In this document: positions 46,296-57,699 of the stretch, in pieces
Numbering within the stretch: position 1 is the first letter of the stretch
How the letters are laid out: each line of letters starts with the position of its first letter
DNA from: an uncultured Candidatus Saccharibacteria bacterium
GTDB taxonomy: Bacteria > Patescibacteriota > Minisyncoccia > Spechtbacterales > HO2-43-30
DNA: 64,000 nt
NCBI GenBank assembly: GCA_964504205.1
Contig: CAZDDE010000001.1
Span: 58,473 to 122,472 of the forward strand
Direction of reading: 5' to 3'
Program-made: the position numbers and the translations under genes
Notes under the pieces: model-generated
Told to the model about the DNA's origin: nothing
The model's input: only the letters and a program-made list of their open reading frames with translations
The model's database searches: none

Positions 46296-46303
46296 TAAGT
46301 TAC

Positions 46304-46594
46304 ATGAAGTTACGTCCGCTTCGTGATCATGTCGTCCTTGAGGCAATCAAGGAAGACAAAAAAAGCAAGGGAGGCATTGTGCTTCCGGATACGGCTTCAA
46401 AAGAGAGGCCGGAGCAGGGCAAAGTGGTGGCTGTTGGGCCCGGCCGCCTAAATTTGAAGGGGCAAAGAGTGCCGATGGAAGTGAAAAAAGGCGATACTGT
46501 CTTATTTTCTAAATACGGCCCAAACGAAATCAAGGTCGATGAAAAAGAATATTTAGTCGCGAAAGAGGAGGATATATTAGCTATTCTTGAATAA
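46304..46594 (+). CDS. groES: co-chaperonin GroES
   Basis: MKLRPL.D.V......E....GGI.LP mobile-loop region; start moved to ATG 46304. Confidence 0.9.
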   Translation: MKLRPLRDHVVLEAIKEDKKSKGGIVLPDTASKERPEQGKVVAVGPGRLNLKGQRVPMEVKKGDTVLFSKYGPNEIKVDEKEYLVAKEEDILAILE

Positions 46595-46616
46595 ATTCAA
46601 GAATAGCAATTCCTAA

Positions 46617-48290
<1,674 letters not shown>

Positions 48291-48294
48291 TACT

Positions 48295-48334
48295 AAAACA
48301 AATCATCGGGGTCAGCCCCGATGATTTGTTTTAG
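48295..48334 (+). terminator. rho-independent terminator after groEL
   Basis: AAACAAATCATCGGGG-tcag-CCCCGATGATTTGTTT perfect 16-bp stem followed by T-rich sequence. Confidence 0.85.
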
Positions 48335-48460
48335 TCTGTGGTTTTATTTTGGCGCATATTACCCTCTGTTTTTTCTTACCGAAGAGTGGTATGAAAAAGA
48401 TGGCTCATTAAAATTTTTATATTCTCCCCCGTAAGAATAGGGGAGTAGGAGGTGATCGTT

Positions 48461-49939
48461 ATGCCTGCATACGCGGTTATCGGCGGACAATGGGGCGATG
48501 AAGGCAAGGGTAAAGTAGTTGATTATTGCGCGAGCGATGCGCGCGTGCTTAATCCGGAGATTAAAAGCAAAAAAGCGGTGCCGGTTGATATAGTCGTGCG
48601 GTTTAACGGAGGGAATAATGCCGGACACACGGTGTTTAATCCGGCGGGCGAATTCAAGTTGCATCTTGTGCCCTGCGGAATTGCCATACCAGGCGTTGAG
48701 CTAAATATCATCGGACCAGGATGTGCGGTTGACCCAGTCGCTCTTGTGGACGAACTTGAAACCACTAGCAGAATACTTGGTGTTCCAGTAGAAGATCTGT
48801 TAGAACGGCTGATGGTTAGCCCCAAAACTCACTTGGTGTTTCCATGGCATATTGCCGAAGATATGGCGTTAGAAATTTTGCGTGATAATCTTGAAATAGG
48901 CACAACCAAGCGCGGCATGGGCCCGGTCTTTGCCGATAAAGCCTTGCGTATCGGGTTTAGGGTGGGAGAAGTGCTTGATACTAAAGTATTTTCTGATAAC
49001 TTCGCAAGCGCGTGGAAAAAAAAAGCCGAGCAATTTAACAATTTTTATTTAGATTACATTGTTGATGCACTTAATCTTCCCAAGCAGGACGAACAGGACT
49101 TACGGCATAAATTAGTTCTTGCTTTTCAGGGAGGATATGAGAAGGGGTTTTACAAAAAAATCCTCGATCAAGTGATCGCTTTTGCGGAAAAGTTCAGAAA
49201 GCGCATTCAGAATGTGGAATATTTGCTGCAGGAGGCAAATGCGCAGGGCAAAAATATTCTTTTTGAAGGCGCGCAGGGAGCGCTGTTGGATATAGACCAC
49301 GGTACTTATCCGTATGTCACCTCATCGCATTGCGGTATATCTGCGGCATACGGCAGCGGCATAGACAGATTTGACAAAGTGATAGGTGTATTCAAATTTC
49401 CCTACTGTACGCGCGTGGGCGGCGGGCCTTTTCCAAGCGAGATGCGCGATGAAGACGCAGAAACCGCAGTGCATATTCGTGATATTGCCAATGAATACGG
49501 TGTAACGACCGGCCGGCCGCGGCGGATTGGCTGGTTTGATTATACTGCGGCAAAATATTCTCTTATGATAAACGGCGCAACGCATCTTGCCCTAACTCGC
49601 CTTGATATTTTTGATGAAGAAAAAACTATCAAAGTCGGCGTGGGCTACGACTGCATGCATAATGGTTTCGCCGCCGGCAAGGCAATGCCGCAAGTAAATG
49701 ATCTTTACTGTCAAGATTTTAACCATGTCATGCAAAACGGCGAAGTGCGCGCGGTACTCGCAGAGCGCGATGGCTGGGCCGACCGCGGAGGAAAAGTCCA
49801 TGGCAAGCGGCGCTTTGCGAACTTGCCGCAAGAAGCGCAAAAACTTTGCTTAGAAACAGAAGAAAAGACCGGTATGCCGATTTTACTTGTTTCCACGGGA
49901 GCGAAGAGACAGGAAACGATAGTTATGTCCTCGCATTAA
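48461..49939 (+). CDS. purA: adenylosuccinate synthetase
   Basis: GGQWGDEGKGK P-loop, GGNNAGHTV, TKRGMGP and GTTGRPRRIGW motifs; ATG 48461 with an AGGAGG RBS at 9-nt spacing (the track's GTG at 48452 abuts the RBS); 30-aa insertion after the P-loop. Confidence 0.9.
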   Translation: MPAYAVIGGQWGDEGKGKVVDYCASDARVLNPEIKSKKAVPVDIVVRFNGGNNAGHTVFNPAGEFKLHLVPCGIAIPGVELNIIGPGCAVDPVALVDELETTSRILGVPVEDLLERLMVSPKTHLVFPWHIAEDMALEILRDNLEIGTTKRGMGPVFADKALRIGFRVGEVLDTKVFSDNFASAWKKKAEQFNNFYLDYIVDALNLPKQDEQDLRHKLVLAFQGGYEKGFYKKILDQVIAFAEKFRKRIQNVEYLLQEANAQGKNILFEGAQGALLDIDHGTYPYVTSSHCGISAAYGSGIDRFDKVIGVFKFPYCTRVGGGPFPSEMRDEDAETAVHIRDIANEYGVTTGRPRRIGWFDYTAAKYSLMINGATHLALTRLDIFDEEKTIKVGVGYDCMHNGFAAGKAMPQVNDLYCQDFNHVMQNGEVRAVLAERDGWADRGGKVHGKRRFANLPQEAQKLCLETEEKTGMPILLVSTGAKRQETIVMSSH

Positions 49940-49967
49940 TGCGGGGATTTTTGTTATAATAAATACG

Positions 49968-52583
49968 ATGATCCATTGGCACGCTTTAACAACCGAAGAA
50001 GTTTTTAAAAAACTCGTAACGAGCGAAGATGGCATAAGCATGGAAGAAGCGCAGAAGCGCCTGAAAAAATACGGCCCTAATAAACTGCCGGAAGCAAAGC
50101 GCTTCACGCGTTTAGAAATATTTTCGCGCCAGTTTAAAAGCCCGCTCATCTACTTATTGGTTATTGCAAGCGGCGTATCTTTTTTTCTGCACGATGCCAT
50201 AAACGCCTATATTATTCTCGCCGCGGTCGTACTTTCCGTGGTTTTTGGCTACCTACAGGAGCAAAAAGCCGAAGGAACGCTTGCTAAGCTCGAAAAAATG
50301 GTCAGGTATAAAACGCGAATTATTCGCGGCGGCGCAGAAACCGAACTTTCGGCTGCAGAGCTTGTGCCGGGCGATTTCGTTTTAATTGCTTCCGGGGACA
50401 AGGTGCCGGCAGATCTTCGGCTGGTCTCGGCAAGAAATTTAGAAATCCAGGAAGCCGCTTTGACCGGAGAGTCCATGCCGGTGTTTAAAAACTCCAAGTC
50501 CTTGCTGGCCGGAACTGTTTTGAACGAGCGCGCTAACATCGCTTTTATGGGGACGGTTGTCGCCAAGGGACGCGCCAGCGGAGTCGTTGTTGCAACTGGC
50601 CTTGAAACCGAATTTGGAAAAATTGCCGAAAGCGTTGCAACTATAAGCGAAGAAAAAACTCCTTTTCAGACAAAAATTGCCTATCTGGCGCGATGGATTT
50701 CGCTTATCATTTTAGGCGTTGTTTTCTTGACTTTTATCGGCGGGTTATGGCGCGGCATTGCGTTTACGGAGATGTTTGCGGCATCGGTGGCGGTGGCGGT
50801 GGCGGCGATACCAGAGAGTTTGGTCATTGCCGTAACTGCTATTTTAGCGATAGGCATGATGCGCCTTTTGCGCAAGAAAGCGCTCGTGCGCAAACTTGCT
50901 TCGGCCGAAACTTTAGGTAGCACAACGGTAATTTGCGCAGACAAGACCGGCACACTTACGGAAGGTGAAATGAAAGTAGCTGAAGTCTATGTGGAGAATG
51001 GCGCGGAGACACGGGAGCTCGCTTTAGAAATCGGCATGATTGCGAACGAAGGCTTTATTGAGAACCCGCGAGAGGATGTTTCAAAGTGGCATATTCATGG
51101 CGATCCGACAGAGAAGGCGTTGATTAAAGCGGGGATAGAAGCCGGATTAGCTGAAAAACTTCTGGCAAGCGAGGAACAAATTTTAGACGAGATGCCGTTT
51201 GAATCGCAGAATCAGTTTATGGCAACTTTGCTTAAGGGGCATGGGAATGTAATTTACTACAAAGGGGCTCCGGAAAAGATATTGGCCGCATCAATCTATA
51301 TTCACGATCCAGGAGCACGTGATATGAACACAAAACTTTATGCTGCGCATTTTAAAAAATTGGAAAAAATTTACGAGGATTTTTCTAAAAATGGCCTGCG
51401 CGTACTCGCGGTGGCGTATCGCAACATAGATCCTATAAATTTTTTAAGTGAAATAAGCGCTGTATTATCAAACCTAACTTTTGTCGGCTTTATTGCCCTG
51501 CACGACCCTATTCGCTTGAACGTCAAAGAGACGATTCAAGAAGCGCACGGTGCCGGCATAAAAGTCGTTATGGTTACCGGCGATAACAAATATACTGCAA
51601 GCTCCGTGGCAAAGGAGCTCGGGCTTCTTGATCACGAGAAAATAATCGAAGGCCGGGAACTCACCGCAATGGATTATGAAACTTTGAAGCGCCAAGTAAA
51701 AAATATATCGGTGTATGCGCGCATCCTTCCGCACGATAAACTGCGCATTATTGAGGCGTTTCAGGCGAATGGCGAAGTAGTCGCCATGACCGGTGATGGC
51801 GTCAACGATGCTCCGGCTCTTAAAAAAGCCGACATTGGCGTGGCGATGGGCTCGGGCACGGACGTTGCCAAAGAAACTTCCGATATGATAATTTTGGATA
51901 ACAATTTCAAAAGTATCGTTCACGCCGTTGAGCAGGGCAGAGTAATTTTTGATAACTTAAAAAAAGTCGTCACTTATCTTTTGGCCGATAGTTTCACCGA
52001 AGTTATCTTGATTGCCGGGAGTATCATAGCCGGCCTTCCTCTGCCGGTGCTCGCCGGACAGATTCTTTGGGTTAATCTTGTGTTAGACGGTCTGCCAAGT
52101 TTTGCTTTGGCTTACGAACCAAAGGAAAAGGATGTGATGAAACTGCCGCCGACTGGCCGCCAAGCGCCAATACTAGACAGAGCAATGAAGGCGATTATTT
52201 TTATCGTTGGCATTGTTTCAGATTTAATTTTACTTGGTCTTTTCTTGTTCTTATTGCATAAAACCCAGGACATCAATTATGTCCGTACTGTTGTCTTTTC
52301 GGCGCTTGGGATGAATTCATTGCTGTACATATTTTCAATCAAGAGTTTGCGCCGTTCTATATTTAGTGTGGATTTGCTGAACAATCTTTACCTTATCGCT
52401 GCGGTCCTGTTTGGTTTCGCCATGCTTTTTGCGGCAATTTACCTGCCATTCTTGCAAAATATTCTGCGCACGGTGCCGCTTTCCGGAAGCGACTTAGCTA
52501 TAATCTTTGCGCTTGGCGCGCTTGAAATAATTAGTATTGAAATTGCCAAGAAAGTGTTTATGATAAAGAGAAAACATGGCTAA
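49968..52583 (+). CDS. P-type ATPase, type IIA/IIB-like (Ca2+/Mg2+-transporting)
   Basis: DKTGTLT, TGDGVNDAPALKKADIGVAMG, ten transmembrane helices with a PE..L motif in TM4; 871 aa. Confidence 0.88.
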   Translation: MIHWHALTTEEVFKKLVTSEDGISMEEAQKRLKKYGPNKLPEAKRFTRLEIFSRQFKSPLIYLLVIASGVSFFLHDAINAYIILAAVVLSVVFGYLQEQKAEGTLAKLEKMVRYKTRIIRGGAETELSAAELVPGDFVLIASGDKVPADLRLVSARNLEIQEAALTGESMPVFKNSKSLLAGTVLNERANIAFMGTVVAKGRASGVVVATGLETEFGKIAESVATISEEKTPFQTKIAYLARWISLIILGVVFLTFIGGLWRGIAFTEMFAASVAVAVAAIPESLVIAVTAILAIGMMRLLRKKALVRKLASAETLGSTTVICADKTGTLTEGEMKVAEVYVENGAETRELALEIGMIANEGFIENPREDVSKWHIHGDPTEKALIKAGIEAGLAEKLLASEEQILDEMPFESQNQFMATLLKGHGNVIYYKGAPEKILAASIYIHDPGARDMNTKLYAAHFKKLEKIYEDFSKNGLRVLAVAYRNIDPINFLSEISAVLSNLTFVGFIALHDPIRLNVKETIQEAHGAGIKVVMVTGDNKYTASSVAKELGLLDHEKIIEGRELTAMDYETLKRQVKNISVYARILPHDKLRIIEAFQANGEVVAMTGDGVNDAPALKKADIGVAMGSGTDVAKETSDMIILDNNFKSIVHAVEQGRVIFDNLKKVVTYLLADSFTEVILIAGSIIAGLPLPVLAGQILWVNLVLDGLPSFALAYEPKEKDVMKLPPTGRQAPILDRAMKAIIFIVGIVSDLILLGLFLFLLHKTQDINYVRTVVFSALGMNSLLYIFSIKSLRRSIFSVDLLNNLYLIAAVLFGFAMLFAAIYLPFLQNILRTVPLSGSDLAIIFALGALEIISIEIAKKVFMIKRKHG

Positions 52584-53670
52584 TCTCGTTTTATATCGCA
52601 AATATCGCCCGCAGAAATTTTCGGATGTCGTCGGGCAGGAGCACATTACGCGTACGCTTGCGAATGCGATTTCCATGAACGAAGCGGCGCATGCGTATCT
52701 TTTCGCGGGGCCGCGCGGCACCGGCAAGACCACTCTCGCGCGCCTTTTGGCTAAATCCTTAAATTGCGAGGGACGAAAAAAGGGGAGTTACGAACCGTGT
52801 CTCAAATGTCTTTCCTGCGATGAAGTTTCGCGCAACATTTCGCCGGATATAATTGAAATAGATGCCGCGAGCAATCGCGGCATAGATGAGATTCGTTTAC
52901 TGAAGGAAGCGGTGCGTTTTGCGCCAACGCGGGGAGAGTACAAAGTTTATATCGTAGATGAGGTGCATATGTTGACAAAGGAAGCGTTTAATGCTCTATT
53001 AAAAACATTGGAGGAGCCGCCTTCGCATGTGATATTCGTTATGGCAACTACAGAAATTAACAAAGTTCTGCCAACGATTATTTCGCGTTCGCAGAGGTTT
53101 GATTTTCGCCGTTTGCGTCATAGCGAGATAAGAGACCGTCTTGCCTATCTTGCCAAGTGCGAAGCCAAAAAGATTGATCCCAAAATTTTAGATATGATCG
53201 CCGCTCGTTCCGACGGCTGTGCGCGCGACGCGGAAAGCTTGCTTGGGCAGATTTTCGTAGTCGGCGACGGCTTGAATTTGGATGAAATTCGTTCGTTGCT
53301 CGGGCTTACGGACATTCAAGCGATTTCAGAGTTTATTGGGCATATTGCCGCGGGTTCGCGCAAAGAAGCGCTTACGCACTTGAGCGCGCTTGGCGAAAAA
53401 GGGGTGGACTGCGAAGAATTTATAAAAAGTTTGCTTGGATACTTGCGCTGGATGATGTATCTTAAGGTGGACGAAAAATTAAGCGACATTGTCTCGCGCG
53501 AGATTTCCGAAGAAGATTTGGCCGTAATTAAAGCGATGACGCAGAAATTTGAAATGCACAAGCTTCAACAGGCGTCACGGCTGTTTTTAGAAGCAATGCA
53601 GAATATCAAATATTCGCCTATTCCCGAGTTGCCGATAGAATTGGCAGTAGTAGAGTTGCTGGGTTCGTAA
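52576..53670 (+). CDS. dnaX: DNA polymerase III subunit gamma/tau (short, gamma-like)
   Basis: GPRGTGKTT Walker A, a zinc module C..C..C (CEGRKKGSYEPCLKCLSC), DEVHML Walker B, SRSQ sensor; 364 aa. Confidence 0.85.
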   Translation: MANLVLYRKYRPQKFSDVVGQEHITRTLANAISMNEAAHAYLFAGPRGTGKTTLARLLAKSLNCEGRKKGSYEPCLKCLSCDEVSRNISPDIIEIDAASNRGIDEIRLLKEAVRFAPTRGEYKVYIVDEVHMLTKEAFNALLKTLEEPPSHVIFVMATTEINKVLPTIISRSQRFDFRRLRHSEIRDRLAYLAKCEAKKIDPKILDMIAARSDGCARDAESLLGQIFVVGDGLNLDEIRSLLGLTDIQAISEFIGHIAAGSRKEALTHLSALGEKGVDCEEFIKSLLGYLRWMMYLKVDEKLSDIVSREISEEDLAVIKAMTQKFEMHKLQQASRLFLEAMQNIKYSPIPELPIELAVVELLGS

Positions 53671-53671
53671 T

Positions 53672-53742
53672 TCCGGGCTCGTCTAATGGCAGGACAGGGG
53701 CCTTTGAAGCCCTCAATCTACGTCCGAATCGTAGGCCCGGAA
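53672..53742 (+). tRNA. tRNA-Gln (anticodon UUG); no encoded CCA; atypical T-loop (UCCGAAU, C at position 55)
   Basis: Manual cloverleaf: acceptor TCCGGGC/GCCCGGA, D-stem GTCT/GGAC, anticodon stem GGGGC/GCCCT with loop CTTTGAA, T-arm CTACG-TCCGAAT-CGTAG; starts 1 nt after the dnaX stop. Confidence 0.6.
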
Positions 53743-53820
53743 CAATAGTGGTTCGCCCCGTCATGCGATGGGGCGGGGGGTCGTATGACCCCTCGAATCC
53801 TAGTCCCCGAGCTATTCAGC

Positions 53821-53852
53821 AATAAATACGCACGTCGACGTGCGTATTTATT
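53821..53852. terminator. perfect 32-bp palindrome hairpin between the tRNA and the DEAD-box helicase 3' end
   Basis: AATAAATACGCACGTC|GACGTGCGTATTTATT. Confidence 0.6.
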
Positions 53853-53869
53853 GGCTCTTTGAAGCTTTT

Positions 53870-55171
53870 CTAGCGGTGCCTTAGGCGGCCAGAGGGCCCG
53901 GATCGGCGCCTTGCTCCGAGATAAAACGCGCTCCTGCTGTGCGCGGAATCGTCTCGTTTGAACTGTCTTTCCGGCGGAAGCTCGGGGAGTCTGGAAATCG
54001 GAAGGCTTGCCTTGATCAAGCGCTCAATGCGCCCCACTTCGCCTCGCTGTTCCGGCATAACAAACGATATCGCGTGGCCCCCCGCGCCCGCGCGGGCAGT
54101 GCGGCCAATCCTATGGACATAGTCTTCGGGACCATTTGGCATATCATAGTTCATCACAAGGCCGATGTCGGCGACATCAATGCCGCGCGAGGCGATGTCT
54201 GTCGCTACAAGCACCAGGTACTTACCCGATCTGAACCCTTCAAGCGCCTCGCGCCGCTGGAAAACCGATCTATTGGAATGGATTTCGGCGGCACTATAGC
54301 CCATAGCGCGAACTTTTTGCGTAAGCCGCTTTGCGCCATGTTTTGTTCTCGCAAAAATAAGGGTGGTCCTTGAATATTGCTCAAGGAGCTTTTCCATAAG
54401 GCGATCCTTGTTGCCCCTTTCAATTATGAAGACTTCTTGCGTCACGCGCTCCACCGTGGTCCCCGAAGGGGCAACCTCCACGCGAATTGGCAATTTCATA
54501 TATCTTGTCGCGATTTTCATAATTCCCTGCGGCATTGTCGCGCAGAACAGCAATGTCTGTCGATCTTGAGGAACCGCGTCAAAGATTTTTTTTATTTGCG
54601 GCGCAAAGCCCATATCAAGCATGCGGTCCGCCTCATCCAAAACAACAATGCGCATGCCCTTGAGCGTAACATTTCTGTGCTCTAAGTGATCAATCAATCT
54701 GCCCGGTGTCGCGACGATGATATGAGGATCTTTCCTAAGCGCTCTTTCTTGTGCCCGTGAGTCAACACCGCCGATAAGAACCGCGACTCTAAGATTGATT
54801 GCATGGCCTACTTGTCGCAAAACCCCTTCTACTTGAGTGGCAAGTTCGCGCGTTGGCAGAACCACGAGGCCTTGGCCTTTAGTCTGGGCCAGCCTTTGAA
54901 TCATGGGGATTCCAAACGCAAATGTTTTGCCGGTTCCGGTTTGCGCTATGCCGACAATGTCGTTGCCCCCAAGCGCCACAGGAATGGCTTGCTGTTGAAT
55001 CGGAGTGGGGTTTACGCATTTCAACCTCGTCAACGCCTCAACAAGTGCCGGAGCAACGCCAAGAGCCGTAAAGCCAGGAGCTGCTTGTGCGGAAACGCTG
55101 TATTTTGTTTTGCTTGCTTGATTTTCCATTTTTCTATATTCTTTTATAGCATAGGCGAAAGTACTTGTCAA
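53870..55171 (-). CDS. DEAD-box ATP-dependent RNA helicase with an Arg/Gly-rich C-terminal tail
   Basis: Q-motif, AQTGTGKT (motif I), PTRELA, DEAD (VLDEADRMLDMGF), SAT and HRIGRTAR motifs. Confidence 0.9.
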   Translation of the reverse strand: MTSTFAYAIKEYRKMENQASKTKYSVSAQAAPGFTALGVAPALVEALTRLKCVNPTPIQQQAIPVALGGNDIVGIAQTGTGKTFAFGIPMIQRLAQTKGQGLVVLPTRELATQVEGVLRQVGHAINLRVAVLIGGVDSRAQERALRKDPHIIVATPGRLIDHLEHRNVTLKGMRIVVLDEADRMLDMGFAPQIKKIFDAVPQDRQTLLFCATMPQGIMKIATRYMKLPIRVEVAPSGTTVERVTQEVFIIERGNKDRLMEKLLEQYSRTTLIFARTKHGAKRLTQKVRAMGYSAAEIHSNRSVFQRREALEGFRSGKYLVLVATDIASRGIDVADIGLVMNYDMPNGPEDYVHRIGRTARAGAGGHAISFVMPEQRGEVGRIERLIKASLPISRLPELPPERQFKRDDSAHSRSAFYLGARRRSGPSGRLRHR

Positions 55172-55246
55172 TCATTACGTCTAACTCTGGACAATTTGTT
55201 TCTTTGTTGTATTATGAAATGACCCGCGCACGCTGGGTCGTTTTCT

Positions 55247-57034
55247 ATGGAAATACGCAACATCGCAATCATTGCCCATGTGGATCATGGCAAGACAACT
55301 CTTACCGATGCCATTATGCGCGAGACCGGTATGTTTGTGGACGGTATGAGCATGGACACAAATGCGCTCGAGCAGGAGCGCGGTATTACGATTTACTCAA
55401 AAAATTCTGCGTTTTTTTACAAAGGCACAAAAATTAACATCGTTGACACTCCGGGGCACGCGGATTTTGGATCGGAGGTGGAACGAGTTCTGCGATCCAT
55501 TGATTCGGTCGTTCTTGTCGTTGACGCGCAGGATGGGCCGATGCCGCAAACCCGTTTTGTGCTGAAAAAATCTCTTGAACTCGGATTAAAGCCAATCGTC
55601 GTTATCAATAAAATTGATAAAGCGGCCGCGAATCCAAAACTTTGCGAAGAGCAAGTTCTGGAACTTTTCTTTGATCTTGGCGCCGACGAAGAACAGCTTA
55701 ACTTCTCGCTTGTCTACGCGATTGGCCGCGAAGGAATCGCGAAGCGGAATCTTACTGACGAAGGGAAGGATTTGAGTCCGCTTCTTGATCTAATTCTTGA
55801 GAAGGTGAAGCGAGCTCCGGCTGAAGTTGGAATTCCGTTGCGCGCCCAGCCATTTAATCTTGGGTACGATAATTTTCTTGGGAGGCTCGCTATTGTGCGA
55901 ATATATGAAGGGATGATTCACGTCGGAGACAATGTGTATGTGAAAAACTCCATTGGCGAAAGCCGCAGTGGAAAAGTTACAAAACTTTTTACGTTTCGGG
56001 GCCTTGCGCGGGAGGAAGTGAGTGAAGCGTACGCGGGTGATATTGTAATGATTGCCGGCCTTGCGGATATTACGATAGGAGAGACGATCTGTGAATCGCC
56101 TGCGCAAGATCCGCTTCCGGCGATCAAAGTTGACGAGCCGACGATTGTGCTTTATTTTTTGGTCAATGATTCGCCCTTCGCGGGGCGGGAAGGAAAGTTT
56201 GTGACTTCGCGGCAGATTCGCGAGCGGCTGGAAAAAGAACTTGAAGTAAATGTCGGTTTACAGGTGGACTTTAATGATGCGGCTGGATTTAAGGTCTATG
56301 GCCGGGGAGAACTGCACATCGCGATTCTTCTTGAAAATATGCGGCGCGAAGGATACGAAACGCAGGTTTCTCAACCGCAAGTGATTATCAAAAAAATAGA
56401 CGGAGTGAAAATGGAGCCGTTTGAAGAAGTGACGGTTGATGTGCCGCTTGAATTTCAGGGGCAAGTTATTGAGAAAATGGCAAAGCGAGCCGCCAGATTA
56501 CTCGATGTCAAACAGCAAGAAGAGACGATCCGGCTTATCTTTAAGGGGCCGACAAGAGGACTTTTCGGGTATCGCGGAGAATTTATGATTGAAACGAAAG
56601 GAGAAGGGATATTTTCAAGCAGGGTTGTGGGCTTTGAGCCATATGCCGGGGAAATCCAGAAACGCAAGGTTGGCTCCATGACTTCCATGATGACAGGCAA
56701 AGCCCTGGCGTTTCCTCTTTGGAATCTTCAGGAGCGCGGCATGCTGTACATCGAGGCCAATACGGAAGTCTACGAGGGTATGGTTATCGGCAATACGACC
56801 AAGGGTTTTGAGATGGCGGTCAATCCAATCAAGGGGAAGGATCTTACCAATATGCGGAGATCGGTCAAGGAAGAATCAGTTCATCTTACCACGCCGCAAC
56901 TTTTAACAATCGAGCGAGGCCTTGAAATAATGCGCGATGACGAATATCTTGAGATTACCCCCCAAAGCATCCGTCTGCGCAAAAAATATCTTAGTGCAGC
57001 GGATAGAAGAAAGTTTGAGAGGGCAAAGGAATGA
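55247..57034 (+). CDS. typA: translational GTPase TypA/BipA
   Basis: NIAIIAHVDHGKTTL, DTPGHADF, NKIDK, EF-G-like domain architecture; 595 aa. Confidence 0.9.
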   Translation: MEIRNIAIIAHVDHGKTTLTDAIMRETGMFVDGMSMDTNALEQERGITIYSKNSAFFYKGTKINIVDTPGHADFGSEVERVLRSIDSVVLVVDAQDGPMPQTRFVLKKSLELGLKPIVVINKIDKAAANPKLCEEQVLELFFDLGADEEQLNFSLVYAIGREGIAKRNLTDEGKDLSPLLDLILEKVKRAPAEVGIPLRAQPFNLGYDNFLGRLAIVRIYEGMIHVGDNVYVKNSIGESRSGKVTKLFTFRGLAREEVSEAYAGDIVMIAGLADITIGETICESPAQDPLPAIKVDEPTIVLYFLVNDSPFAGREGKFVTSRQIRERLEKELEVNVGLQVDFNDAAGFKVYGRGELHIAILLENMRREGYETQVSQPQVIIKKIDGVKMEPFEEVTVDVPLEFQGQVIEKMAKRAARLLDVKQQEETIRLIFKGPTRGLFGYRGEFMIETKGEGIFSSRVVGFEPYAGEIQKRKVGSMTSMMTGKALAFPLWNLQERGMLYIEANTEVYEGMVIGNTTKGFEMAVNPIKGKDLTNMRRSVKEESVHLTTPQLLTIERGLEIMRDDEYLEITPQSIRLRKKYLSAADRRKFERAKE

Positions 57035-57131
57035 ATAGAAAGGGGCTGTGAATGCGGAAAATTTGACAAGGTTATAATTTTATGCTAGTTATAAGTATTC
57101 GGATTCAGGTCACCCCCTAAGGAGATGTTAA

Positions 57132-57512
57132 ATGTTAAAATTTCTGATGGATGCTTACTTCGCTCCGAAGTTATTTGAGAAAGACGGTAAAGATATACGA
57201 ACTTTTGGGAGTTCGTATCTTCAAGAAGTTCCTACCGACTTGTGGAGATTATATGCTTCGATATACAGGACTTCGACTCCTAAACTATGGCTCTTCGGAG
57301 ACGCTCAAGCGCTGGGAGATTTTCACAAGGCTATACGAAACAGCACATCTAGTTTTCTTCGTAATAATGTTCGTACTAATGCTCTACGGTCTTCTGGGTT
57401 CTTTTTCGGTGCTAGCATTTGTTCTGAATCTTGTAGTGAATCTTGTAGTGAATGTCTACCCGATGATGGTTCAACGTTACAACAGAGGAAGAATCTACAG
57501 GATACTTCATAA
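57132..57512 (+). CDS. hypothetical protein, frame A of two overlapping open frames; has the strong RBS
   Basis: TAAGGAG 9 nt upstream of ATG 57132; third codon positions are strongly T-biased; a 12-nt tandem repeat encodes SCSESCSEC. Confidence 0.35.
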   Translation: MLKFLMDAYFAPKLFEKDGKDIRTFGSSYLQEVPTDLWRLYASIYRTSTPKLWLFGDAQALGDFHKAIRNSTSSFLRNNVRTNALRSSGFFFGASICSESCSESCSECLPDDGSTLQQRKNLQDTS

Positions 57513-57555
57513 AAGAGAGGCAAGCAGAGCGACCACTAGCGTTCAAAGACTTTGA
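57151..57555 (+). CDS. hypothetical small membrane protein, frame B overlapping frame A; no RBS of its own
   Basis: 134 aa with a 40-residue uncharged hydrophobic hairpin (HLVFFVIMFVLMLYGLLGSFSVLAFVLNLVVNLVVNVYPMMV) and a basic tail. This may be a shadow of a T3-biased frame A. Confidence 0.3.
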   Translation: MLTSLRSYLRKTVKIYELLGVRIFKKFLPTCGDYMLRYTGLRLLNYGSSETLKRWEIFTRLYETAHLVFFVIMFVLMLYGLLGSFSVLAFVLNLVVNLVVNVYPMMVQRYNRGRIYRILHKREASRATTSVQRL

Positions 57556-57601
57556 CATTGGTCATCTGACAGCTAATACGAGTACGAGACGAAGTAGAAG
57601 G

Positions 57602-57647
57602 GGTTCTAACCGTTCATGCGGGTACCCAAAGTTAGAACCTTTTTTTG
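57602..57647 (+). terminator. rho-independent terminator
   Basis: GGTTCTAAC...GTTAGAACC 9-bp stem followed by TTTTTTT. Confidence 0.8.
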
Positions 57648-57699
57648 TTTCCGCTCTTGTGCTAATCACAGGATTATCTTTTTGTGCTATAATTTGCAT

